A stretch of DNA of 64,000 nucleotides from Planctomycetota bacterium (lineage in GTDB: Bacteria; Planctomycetota; UBA8742; UBA2392). Positions 1 to 7,703 of the stretch are shown here, piece after piece (position 1 is the stretch's first letter; every line of letters begins with the position of its first letter). The stretch covers positions 17,397 through 81,396 of the forward strand of contig JAMQHL010000006.1 of NCBI GenBank assembly GCA_025993795.1. Reading direction: 5' to 3'. The notes beneath the pieces were generated by a model, which had not been told where the DNA came from, made no database searches, and saw nothing but the letters and a program-made list of their open reading frames with translations. The translations under genes and the position numbers were made by a program.

Positions 1-300
1 GATGCCGCGCTCGCCTTTGCCGGTCAGTTCGTAGGCGCCGGGGCCTTCGCCTTCGGGTTCGTCGCCGATGCCGCTGCGACGAATCAGCCCCTGCTGCTCA
101 AGCATCTGCCTGAACTCATCGAAGCTCATGCGCCCGCCCGTGATGTCGTGCTGTTCCCACAGCTGCTCCATCCACTCCAGGGCGCGCTCGACGTCGCCGC
201 TGGTCATGAGCAGCAACTCGTTCCACAGCTTCAGCAGCTGCTTCATCCCGGCGCGGCGCCAGGCTTCTGCTTCGTCAAACTCAAGGTATGCGACGCGCAT
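1..300 (-). CDS. N-terminal part of a probable VWA-domain protein (runs off the window)
   Basis: Manual translation from ATG at 300: MRVAYLEFDEAEAWRRAGMKQLLKLWNELLLMTSGDVERALEWMEQLWEQHDITGGRMSFDEFRQMLEQQGLIRR...YELTGKGERGI, open to the window edge. Resembles the N-terminus of VWA proteins that partner Mg-chelatase-like AAA ATPases (from memory). Confidence 0.6.
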   Translation of the reverse strand, partial: MRVAYLEFDEAEAWRRAGMKQLLKLWNELLLMTSGDVERALEWMEQLWEQHDITGGRMSFDEFRQMLEQQGLIRRSGIGDEPEGEGPGAYELTGKGERGI

Positions 301-304
301 GGCG

Positions 305-1324
305 TCAGTCTACATTGGCCGGCGCGCGCTGTGACTCGGCGGGGTCTGGTTGATCGGCGATGGCTTCGTTCATGCCCTTGGGTCGCGGCATCGCCCAACT
401 GAACGGCAGCGACAGCAATGCCCACCCAAGCTGCAGCATGCGGCCCATCAGCGACAACACCAGCGCCTGTGACTTGGCCACGCCCCGCAGCTCAAAGAAG
501 TGCACCGTGGCAGCCTCACCGACACCCCAGCCGCCGAAGCTGATCGGCAGCGCCGCCACCATGCCCGCCACCGGGATCAACACCGCGTACTCATGCCACG
601 CCAGCTCTATGCCAATGCCGCGACCGATAGCGATGTGCATCGCAATCCAGCCTGCTTGCGGAAAGATCGAGATCAGCAGGGCGGCCAGCAGGCCCTTCTT
701 GTGGCCGCGGTAGGTTTGCATGGCGTCGTCAAACGCCCGGATCGCGCGACTGAAGGGCAGCTTGCGCGATGTGCCCACAGGAATCAGTTTGCGCACGCGC
801 CGCGAGGTCATCAGCGCAATCGCCAGTGTCGCGCCGCTTGTGAAAACCACCACCACAAAGGCCGCCTGCCGCCTGCTGGGCTCGTCGATACTGGGCAGCA
901 GCACCGCCAATGCCAGCGCCGCCAGCATGAACAAGCCGCACAGGCGATCGACCAGCACTGCGGCAAAGGCCTGCGGTTTGCTGCCCGTGGCCTGGCTCAG
1001 GTACAGGGCCTTGATCGCGTCGCCGCCGACGCTGCCGCCGGGAATTGCCGAGTTGTAGAAGTGCCCGAGCAGCGTGTAGAGAAACATCCGCCACAGGGGC
1101 ACGTTGTGGCCGATCACCTGCACCAGCAGCTTCAGGCGCGCGGCTTGAAACGCGAACGAGATGAGGCCGAGCAGTGCCGCAAGCGCGAGCATGGAGGGCT
1201 CGACGCGCTGTGCCGTTTCGAGTGTTTCGCGCGGGTCGGTGCGAAACCCGAACAGGTACACCAGCACCGCCAAGCTCAGCAGCAGCGGCAGGAAGCGGCG
1301 CAGAATTTGCAGGGAGCGCTTCAT
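305..1324 (-). CDS. Lysylphosphatidylglycerol synthase TM-domain / flippase-like membrane protein (UPF0104)
   Basis: Multiple TM helices; motifs FYNSAIPGGSVGGDAIKA, VLVDRLCGL and LPISFGGWGVGE are typical of the family. Confidence 0.85.
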   Translation of the reverse strand: MKRSLQILRRFLPLLLSLAVLVYLFGFRTDPRETLETAQRVEPSMLALAALLGLISFAFQAARLKLLVQVIGHNVPLWRMFLYTLLGHFYNSAIPGGSVGGDAIKALYLSQATGSKPQAFAAVLVDRLCGLFMLAALALAVLLPSIDEPSRRQAAFVVVVFTSGATLAIALMTSRRVRKLIPVGTSRKLPFSRAIRAFDDAMQTYRGHKKGLLAALLISIFPQAGWIAMHIAIGRGIGIELAWHEYAVLIPVAGMVAALPISFGGWGVGEAATVHFFELRGVAKSQALVLSLMGRMLQLGWALLSLPFSWAMPRPKGMNEAIADQPDPAESQRAPANVD

Positions 1325-1386
1325 GAAGCGGTGGTTGTAGCGGGCTGGCGCACGCGGGGAAAGATGCGTGCCGGGGGCCGAAAAGA

Positions 1387-1431
1387 GTCAGGCTCCTTTT
1401 CCTGCGCTGCGCTTTGGAAAAGGAGCCTGAC
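1387..1431. repeat. Perfect 16-bp inverted repeat (REP-like, or terminator of the S41 protease gene)
   Basis: GTCAGGCTCCTTTTCC (1387-1402) / GGAAAAGGAGCCTGAC (1416-1431) with a 13-nt loop, immediately after the stop of the minus-strand protease. Confidence 0.7.
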
Positions 1432-1432
1432 C

Positions 1433-3562
1433 CTACTTCATGACGGCTTTGTACTCCGGAATCTGGCGCGCGTCCTTGCCAGCCTTTTTCAGCAGTTCGT
1501 CCACGCCGCGCAGCAGTGTCGGGTCTTCCTGGTAGTTCTGCGTAAACTCGGCGCCGCGGTCGTCCTGCACGCGCGCGCGCAAGGCAAAGCGCAGCTCACG
1601 TCGCACGTCATCTTTGGCCAGGCGCGTGTCCAGGGTGCCGTAGAACTTGTCGAACTCAGGCCAGGCCGTCATGTCCAGCGCGTCGAAAGAGGCAAGCCGC
1701 ATCATCGAAGCCTTCTTTTCGCCGCGGTAATGCTCATCAAGGTAATCGACCAGGCGCTTGGACTTGCGCAGCTTGTCAATCGCGTACACCTGCCATGGCT
1801 CCAGCAGTTCGGGCTTGGTGTGGATGTGCGGCGTCACGCCGCCTTCGCCTTCGTAGCGGTCGATGCTGACGCCGCTGGGCAGGTAGTAGCTGAAGACCGT
1901 GCACTTGAGGATGCGGGTGTTGCCGCTTTCGTCCACGCTGAAGAAGCTCTGTCCGATGCCTTTGCCGAAGCTGGGGCGCCCGATCAAGATGGCGCGAGCG
2001 TTGTCTTTCAGCGCGCCGGACAGCATCTCGCTGCCGCTGGCACTTTCGCCGTCGATCAGGCACACGAGCGGAATCTCGGTGTAGTCGCCGCCTTCGCTGG
2101 TGAAGGGGCGTTGCTTGCCCTTCCAGTCGCCCCAGCGGCCGCCGGTGCTTGAGATGACCTTGCCCTTGGGCAGCAGCATGTCGGCGATGGCGACCACGGT
2201 GCTGAGTTGGCCGCCGCCGTTGCCCCGCAGGTCAAGAATCAGGTACTTCATGCCGCGTCGCCGCAGTGCATCCAGCGACTCTTTCATGTCCACGTCGCTG
2301 TTGGCCCCAAAGCGCGTCAGGCGCACATAGCCCACGTCGCCCGGAAGCATCTCCTCGAGCGCGGTATCAACCTTTACCATCCTGCGCGGAATCTCGAACT
2401 TCAACTCGTTCTCGACGCCGCGGCGCTTCACGAAGATTACCGCTGTGCTGCCTTCTGGCCCGCGCACATAGCGCACGCCCTCATCCAGCTTGACCTTGGT
2501 CAGGTCAATACGCTTGCCGTCGGGCCCCAGTATGCCGACCAGCTTGTCGCCGGTGCGCACGCCCACGGCGTAGGCGGGGCCTTCGTAGATCGGCTGGTCG
2601 ATGTTGATCAAGCCGTCTTCGCCCTGGCTGACGTGTGCGCCGATGCCGACGTAGCGGCCTTCCTGGTCCTGGTTCATTTCGTCGATTTCTGCGCGCGTCA
2701 TGTACGAGCCGTAACGGTCGGTGGCCAGTGCCATGGCGCGGCAGGCGTTATCCACGAGGTTCTCGCCGGACAGCTCTTGCTGTTTTTCGTTGTAGATGAA
2801 GAAGTCGTCGGCGTAGTGCTTGCGAATCGCCCGGATTTCGACCTCAATCAGCTTGTCCTTGCGCTTGACCTTGCCTGACTTGTGGTCCTCGATTGCAATG
2901 TCGATCTTGTTCACTTCGCCGCTGATACGCGCCAGCCGCCCGATGTCGCCGGGTTCGCGCGCAAGGCTGGCCAGGCGCTGTGCGACTTCGCGGGCATAAC
3001 CGCGCTCTGACAGCACCAGCGCCGCCCGGCCCATCAGCACATGATCGCTGCTGCTGAGGAACTCGCGCAACTGTTCAAGTGCCAGGTCGTCGCCCTCAAG
3101 CGTCAGAAGGGCTTCTGACAGTGCAACACGTGCACCCGTGGCCAGCTTGCCGCCGGTTTCCCAGCGGTCGCGGATGCGCTCAAGCAGTTCGTCATCGTCG
3201 GGCATCTCGCGCGTGATCATTGCAGCTACGCCCTCGACCACGGCGCTGTGTTCACTCTCCAGCAATTTGCCCAGCGCTTCGTACGCCAGTTCGGCGCGGC
3301 CCAATGCCAGCGTGAGCTGCGCCGCAGCCATGCGGACGTGATCGTTGTTGTGCTCCAGTGTTGCCTCGAAATAGGCAACCATCGTGTCGCGATTGTCGCC
3401 CTTGGCCATGTTGCGCAGCGCGAACGCGTAGTCCCATACCTTGTCGGGGCGTTGCTCAATGCGCTCGACCAGTTTGTCGGCGCGCTGCTTGAGCGTCTCT
3501 TCCTGTGCAACCAGCGGCGCAGCGGCCAGCAGGCACACAAGGCTTAGGGCAACGATTCTCAC
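1433..3562 (-). CDS. S41 family carboxyl-terminal processing protease with an N-terminal HEAT-like region
   Basis: Signal peptide; PDZ region (YVGIGA); GYVRLTRF, LILDLRGNGGG, catalytic SASGSE (Ser) and SFGKG (Lys). Confidence 0.9.
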   Translation of the reverse strand: MRIVALSLVCLLAAAPLVAQEETLKQRADKLVERIEQRPDKVWDYAFALRNMAKGDNRDTMVAYFEATLEHNNDHVRMAAAQLTLALGRAELAYEALGKLLESEHSAVVEGVAAMITREMPDDDELLERIRDRWETGGKLATGARVALSEALLTLEGDDLALEQLREFLSSSDHVLMGRAALVLSERGYAREVAQRLASLAREPGDIGRLARISGEVNKIDIAIEDHKSGKVKRKDKLIEVEIRAIRKHYADDFFIYNEKQQELSGENLVDNACRAMALATDRYGSYMTRAEIDEMNQDQEGRYVGIGAHVSQGEDGLINIDQPIYEGPAYAVGVRTGDKLVGILGPDGKRIDLTKVKLDEGVRYVRGPEGSTAVIFVKRRGVENELKFEIPRRMVKVDTALEEMLPGDVGYVRLTRFGANSDVDMKESLDALRRRGMKYLILDLRGNGGGQLSTVVAIADMLLPKGKVISSTGGRWGDWKGKQRPFTSEGGDYTEIPLVCLIDGESASGSEMLSGALKDNARAILIGRPSFGKGIGQSFFSVDESGNTRILKCTVFSYYLPSGVSIDRYEGEGGVTPHIHTKPELLEPWQVYAIDKLRKSKRLVDYLDEHYRGEKKASMMRLASFDALDMTAWPEFDKFYGTLDTRLAKDDVRRELRFALRARVQDDRGAEFTQNYQEDPTLLRGVDELLKKAGKDARQIPEYKAVMK

Positions 3563-3642
3563 GGAAACTCCTTGCTACGCTTCTTCAATAGTATACGCGC
3601 GACGCGGGCACTGACTGTACCCTGAATTCCGGTCAAAATGCA

Positions 3643-3667
3643 AAGGCCGCCCCCGCGGGACGGCCTT
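3643..3667 (-). terminator. Probable intrinsic terminator
   Basis: AAGGCCG...CGGCCTT stem-loop just downstream of the minus-strand lipoprotein stop, followed by a T-rich run on the minus strand. Confidence 0.5.
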
Positions 3668-3685
3668 CATTACTCCGGTCCAGAA

Positions 3686-4780
3686 TCACTCGCCCGAGGC
3701 CGAGCCCTCTTTGCGGCTTTCCCCGCCGCCGCCCTCTGTCTTCTTTTCAATCCACACGACCTGGTCGCCGTTGGCTACCGGGCGGGTGGCGCGTTCATTC
3801 AGCGTGCTGCAGCCAAGCTCATCGACAGGCAGGTCGTTGTCATCGCCGACATGCCAATGACGCGTGACCTTTGCCAGGCAGACTTCGGTGCCGCGGGCGT
3901 CGCGGATGATCAGTTCTGCGCCGATGGGCGGTATGCGGCCGGTCTTTACGCTGACGATCAGGATTGACTGCGAGTCGGCCTTGGTGCCACGGCTGACGCT
4001 GACCACCCCGCCGGTGAAGTCGAAAACCTCGGTTGTCTTTGGCGTTTCCGGTGTATCGGGGGTGGGGCCTTTGCCCACGCGCTTGAGCAGATCGTCGTAC
4101 TCTTTCTTGAGGTTGTCGAAGTCGGTGCGGGCGCGGTCGCGCTCGGCCTGGGCCTCAGCAAGTTCGCGGCGCACCTTGGTGTACATCGGGTGCTTGGAGA
4201 TGTCTTCGCCCTTGAGGCCTGTCATCTCCGCTTTGAGCGTCTCAACCTGCTGGCGGGTCAGCGCCAGGTCGGCCTTGAGGCTGTCCACTTCGGCCTGTGC
4301 CATTTCGCGCGACTTCTTTTCGACGGTGAGTTCGGCGTCTTTGGTGATCAGGTCCTTGTGCAGCTTCAGGACCTCGTTGGCGTCGATGTTCTTCACCTTG
4401 CTCTCAAGCGACTCGATCATGACCTTGAGGCTGGCCAGCGACGTCTCGAGGTCGGTGACCTTCTTCAGTCGTGCATCCAGGTCGTCGATCTTCTTGTCGC
4501 TGTCTTTCTTGCCGTCCTCGATCTTCTTCTGGATGTCGGCCAAGCCGGCACGCACGTCTTCTGCAATTGTGTTCAGCTTGCGGTCTGCGTCGCCGCTGTC
4601 GCTCTTCTGCTGCGATGCTGCCCAGACCTTGAAGAAGTCGTCGCTGCCGCCTTTGCCCTGCAGTGATTTCATGACCTCAAGCTCAGCTTGCAGCTTGGCG
4701 TTCTGCTGGCGTGCTTCGTTGTCCTGGCAGCCGGCAATCAGCAGGCAAAAGGCCGGGACGGCCAAAATAGTCCAACGCAT
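3686..4780 (-). CDS. Coiled-coil lipoprotein, hypothetical
   Basis: Likely start MRWTIL; lipobox IAGC; long heptad-rich coiled coil followed by a beta-rich C-terminal domain. Confidence 0.75.
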   Translation of the reverse strand: MRWTILAVPAFCLLIAGCQDNEARQQNAKLQAELEVMKSLQGKGGSDDFFKVWAASQQKSDSGDADRKLNTIAEDVRAGLADIQKKIEDGKKDSDKKIDDLDARLKKVTDLETSLASLKVMIESLESKVKNIDANEVLKLHKDLITKDAELTVEKKSREMAQAEVDSLKADLALTRQQVETLKAEMTGLKGEDISKHPMYTKVRRELAEAQAERDRARTDFDNLKKEYDDLLKRVGKGPTPDTPETPKTTEVFDFTGGVVSVSRGTKADSQSILIVSVKTGRIPPIGAELIIRDARGTEVCLAKVTRHWHVGDDNDLPVDELGCSTLNERATRPVANGDQVVWIEKKTEGGGGESRKEGSASGE

Positions 4781-4897
4781 CGATACACTCCCTGAGGGGT
4801 GATTCGGCTGCACAAGCAGCAGGGGCAATTCGAACCGCTGATTGTTGCAGGGAAGGCCCGCAGGGTCAACTACGGGGTACAGGGGGAAAGCGCAGGA

Positions 4898-5524
4898 TTA
4901 TCGGACGGTGTCGCGGGCGACGCGCACGAACCTGAACTTGTGCATGGTGCGCCCCTGCTGCCGGAACTTCACTTCCCAGTTGGTGATGCCTTCCGGGGCG
5001 TCCTGACCGATGGCGCGCGAGACCTGCTCAAAGTCGGGGTCGGCCCGGAACACCGCTTCCATCTGCACCGCGTAATCTTCGTGATCGGTGGCCAGCAGCA
5101 GCGGCGCGCCATCCTTGAGCGCGCAGGCGGCCAAGCGCGCGAATGGGGGCTGGATCAGCCTGCGCTTGACCTGTTTGGCCTTGGGCCACGGGTCGGGGAA
5201 GTAGATGTGCAGGGCGTCGATGCTGGCTTGACTGAGCGTGTGCTTCACGACGTGGGCGGCGTCGTCGCGCAGGATGCGGAAGTTCGCCAGGCCGCGTTTG
5301 GCGGCGCGCTCAGCCACCATGCGGTAGTAGCGACTTGCCCATTCCACGCCGACGAAGTTGACGTCGGGTCGGGTTTGAGCCTGCTGAATCAGGAAGCGCC
5401 CCTTGCCGATGCCAAGTTCAAGCTCAACGGGGTGGTCGTTGCCGAAGATGGCGGCGAAGTCGTACTGCCGGTCCTGCGTAGTCGGAATCGGCGCAAGGGT
5501 TACGGGTGAGATATTGACGGTCAT
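4898..5524 (-). CDS. trmB: tRNA (guanine-N7)-methyltransferase
   Basis: ELELGIGKGRF, NFVGVE, HIYFPDPWPK, ATDHEDY and TNWEVKF motifs; start placed at MTVNIS. Confidence 0.92.
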   Translation of the reverse strand: MTVNISPVTLAPIPTTQDRQYDFAAIFGNDHPVELELGIGKGRFLIQQAQTRPDVNFVGVEWASRYYRMVAERAAKRGLANFRILRDDAAHVVKHTLSQASIDALHIYFPDPWPKAKQVKRRLIQPPFARLAACALKDGAPLLLATDHEDYAVQMEAVFRADPDFEQVSRAIGQDAPEGITNWEVKFRQQGRTMHKFRFVRVARDTVR

Positions 5525-5601
5525 CGTGAATCCGAAAAGCGAGCGCCCTTCACCGGCCATTGGCAACCTGGGAAGGGCGCTCGCTGAAGCCTGGATATCA
5601 G

Positions 5602-5832
5602 CTATCCGTCGGCGCCTATGGCTTGCACCGGGCACTGGGCTGCGGCGTCTTCACACTGGGCCTTTTCTTCGCCGCTGTCCGGCTGCTTGTACACCAGGTC
5701 ATGGGTGCCGTCTTCGGACTCGCGGAAATTGTTCGGCGCAAGCTGCGGGCACAAACCGCAGAAAATGCAGCTTTTGTCCACGTACCACGCGCCGGGCACG
5801 TTGTCTTCCCACTTCTCATTCGGGTCAGGCAT
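5602..5832 (-). CDS. Ferredoxin (single Fe-S cluster type)
   Basis: YVDKSCIFCGLCPQLAP ... CPVQAI pattern (CxxCxxC...CP). Confidence 0.9.
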   Translation of the reverse strand: MPDPNEKWEDNVPGAWYVDKSCIFCGLCPQLAPNNFRESEDGTHDLVYKQPDSGEEKAQCEDAAAQCPVQAIGADG

Positions 5833-5968
5833 TGCGGCTCCAGGCTGTCGTCATCGGTATATTATCGGGTTATGCTCTGAATGCCACCGGTGGGTGCGGC
5901 GCGGAGCATACAAACCCACACCATTGAATAAAGCGCCAGAGCATGACGTGATGGGTAAGGAGGAGACC

Positions 5969-6295
5969 ATGGTCAAAAACATCGATATGCAGGACCTGAA
6001 AGACGCCCTCGACGGCGGCCGCGTCGTTGCGCTGTACGACAACCGCGGTCCCGGCAGCTACGGTGCGCGCCATATCAAGGGCGCGAAACTGCTGCCCGTC
6101 AGTGACGTGCGCCCGGAGAATCTGCCCGCCGACAAGGGCGCGATGCTGGTCTTCTACTGATCCGGCTATGCGTGAGACTCCTCTACGAAGGCGGCCCGTG
6201 CGGCTGATGCACTCGGATTCACAAACCTGTGGGACTACCGCGGCGGCATCGCCGAATGGTCCGAAGCCGGCTTGCCCGTCGGCGGCAGCGGTTGA
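5969..6295 (+). CDS. Rhodanese-like protein with two in-frame TGA codons (putative double selenocysteine, UxxxxU), 108 aa
   Basis: Strong RBS AAGGAGGAG before ATG 5969. Reads DNRGPGSYGARHIKGA...LVFY-TGA(6158)-SGYA-TGA(6173)-DSSTKAARAADALGFTNLWDYRGGIAEWSEAGLPV. The complete rhodanese C-terminal signature (GG...W...GLPV) continues in frame after both TGAs. Confidence 0.85.
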
Positions 6296-6369
6296 GATTC
6301 CTGTCCCAATCCTGAACAGTCCGGACTAGAATCCATGCGGACTATCCCGGAACTGAACAGGAGTCGATC

Positions 6370-7416
6370 TTGCTCAAGCGAATGCCCCTATGGGCGCTGG
6401 CAGCAACGTGTGTTGCGCTCGTGGCGCGCTGCGCGCCAGAGCCACAGCCGAACAAACCCGAGCCGGCGCCCAAGGTACAGGGTCTTCCGGTGCCCTACAT
6501 CGCCATCAACGAGCCAACCGCCGACAAGCGGTTTCATGTCTTCCACGGCGACCAGGCACTCACGATCGAGAAGCCCGAACTCCAGCTCGGCCCGCTGCTT
6601 GCGAAGTTCGCCAAGCACAAGGACGAAAAGGCCGGCTATGCAGGCTGGCATGACTCCTATTCAGAGAACGTCCTGTCGCTTCATGTTGCAGCCAATGCAC
6701 CCAGCGGCGACGTCTGGGCAATCCTGTGCGCGGCAGCCGAAGCCGGCATTTACAAGCTGGCGGTCGGCACGCCTGAGCTGATCGGCGAACCGCTGGCTGG
6801 ACCGACGTCGCCGGACTTCGAAAATCTACCGACGGGTTACATGAAGGTGGAGCTGCCCAAGGACGAGGGCCTGAGTTCCGCGCCCAGGGTGCCAAAAGAG
6901 CGGATTACCGCTTACATTAATTGGGACCCTGCGCACCAGGCTGCCAGCGCGGTCGTGGCGATTGACGCGCGCGGTCGCAAGCCCGTGGACGACACGTTTA
7001 CAGTCGTTTCGGACGTCATCCCGACAAAGGGTGACAGCAAGCAGGTGCAGGAAGAGCGCAAGTCGCGGCGCGAAACCTGGATAGACAATGTTTGCAAGGC
7101 GATCGAGGGCTACGTAGCCAAGGCAGGCGGATACATTGGGCGGCTGGAGATCGCGAGCACAGGTGCAAGCAAAGATGACGGGACGCCGCCGTGGGTTTTC
7201 GTGGACCTGACCTGGCAGGCCCTTTCCAAAGCCAACGCGAACCGCGTCAGCGCCGGCAAGGAAGAGCTTGCGATCGTGCTGCCGCCCCAGATGCAGGTCC
7301 CGGAGCCGCCGCCGCCCGAGTTGCCGCCCGAGAGAGGCGTCGAGTTCCCCAGGGACGAACCTGAGCGAGAGGGCCCGACAGAAGACGAACGCATCGTACC
7401 GGACGGCGACGACTGA
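6370..7416 (+). CDS. Putative lipoprotein with an ExbD/TolR-like periplasmic domain and a Pro/Glu-rich tail
   Basis: TTG start with RBS AGGAG; lipobox-like VARC; segment LSLHVAANAPSGDVWAILCAAAEAGIYKLAV resembles the ExbD fold. Confidence 0.55.
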   Translation: MLKRMPLWALAATCVALVARCAPEPQPNKPEPAPKVQGLPVPYIAINEPTADKRFHVFHGDQALTIEKPELQLGPLLAKFAKHKDEKAGYAGWHDSYSENVLSLHVAANAPSGDVWAILCAAAEAGIYKLAVGTPELIGEPLAGPTSPDFENLPTGYMKVELPKDEGLSSAPRVPKERITAYINWDPAHQAASAVVAIDARGRKPVDDTFTVVSDVIPTKGDSKQVQEERKSRRETWIDNVCKAIEGYVAKAGGYIGRLEIASTGASKDDGTPPWVFVDLTWQALSKANANRVSAGKEELAIVLPPQMQVPEPPPPELPPERGVEFPRDEPEREGPTEDERIVPDGDD

Positions 7417-7427
7417 AGAGAAAGCAA

Positions 7428-7536
7428 CCGACATCCGCGGGAAGGACCGTCGCCGGAGTGCTCTCGGCGGCGACCACAGTAATGCCGAGGGGCATCCCGG
7501 AAGACTCTGCGCATTGAGCAGAAGTGACCCTGACGA
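7428..7536 (+). ncRNA. Candidate structured small RNA
   Basis: Non-coding gap containing hairpin GTCGCCG...CGGCGAC and hairpin TCTGC...GCAGA, a possible TCCG/CGGA closing pair, and a terminator right after it. Family not confirmed. Confidence 0.45.
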
Positions 7537-7545
7537 TCTAAAGAC

Positions 7546-7573
7546 ACCCCGCCGGGCGGCGGGGTTTCTGTTT
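7546..7573 (+). terminator. Intrinsic terminator
   Basis: ACCCCGCC-GGGC-GGCGGGGT stem-loop followed by TTCTGTTT. Confidence 0.7.
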
Positions 7574-7703
7574 GGGCATAGCCCTTTCTCTGCAACCGTG
7601 GGTCGTTATCATCCGCAACGCTTTGTCGCGGATTGCCCGCACGGGGGTCCGCACATGACGGACGAAGCCGCCGCCCCACGACATGGGGCCATGGAGTGCG
7701 AAC

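Noticed and set aside
500-2152. 550-aa plus-strand ORF and similar long shadow ORFs (e.g. 15015-16364, 37812-39173, 61201-62481)
   Set aside because: They overlap well-supported genes on the opposite strand, have no recognisable motifs, and are expected at this GC content.
5618-6160. ORF-track 180-aa ORF and the separate 6027-6329 ORF
   Set aside because: The N-terminal extension is antisense to the ferredoxin. The real gene starts at the RBS-preceded ATG 5969 and reads through two TGAs; 6027-6329 is an off-frame shadow.
7417-7703. T-box riboswitch or hammerhead ribozyme upstream of valS
   Set aside because: No GGTGGNACCGCG T-box. CTGACGA (7530) is present but lacks the downstream stem-II/GAAA of a hammerhead core.
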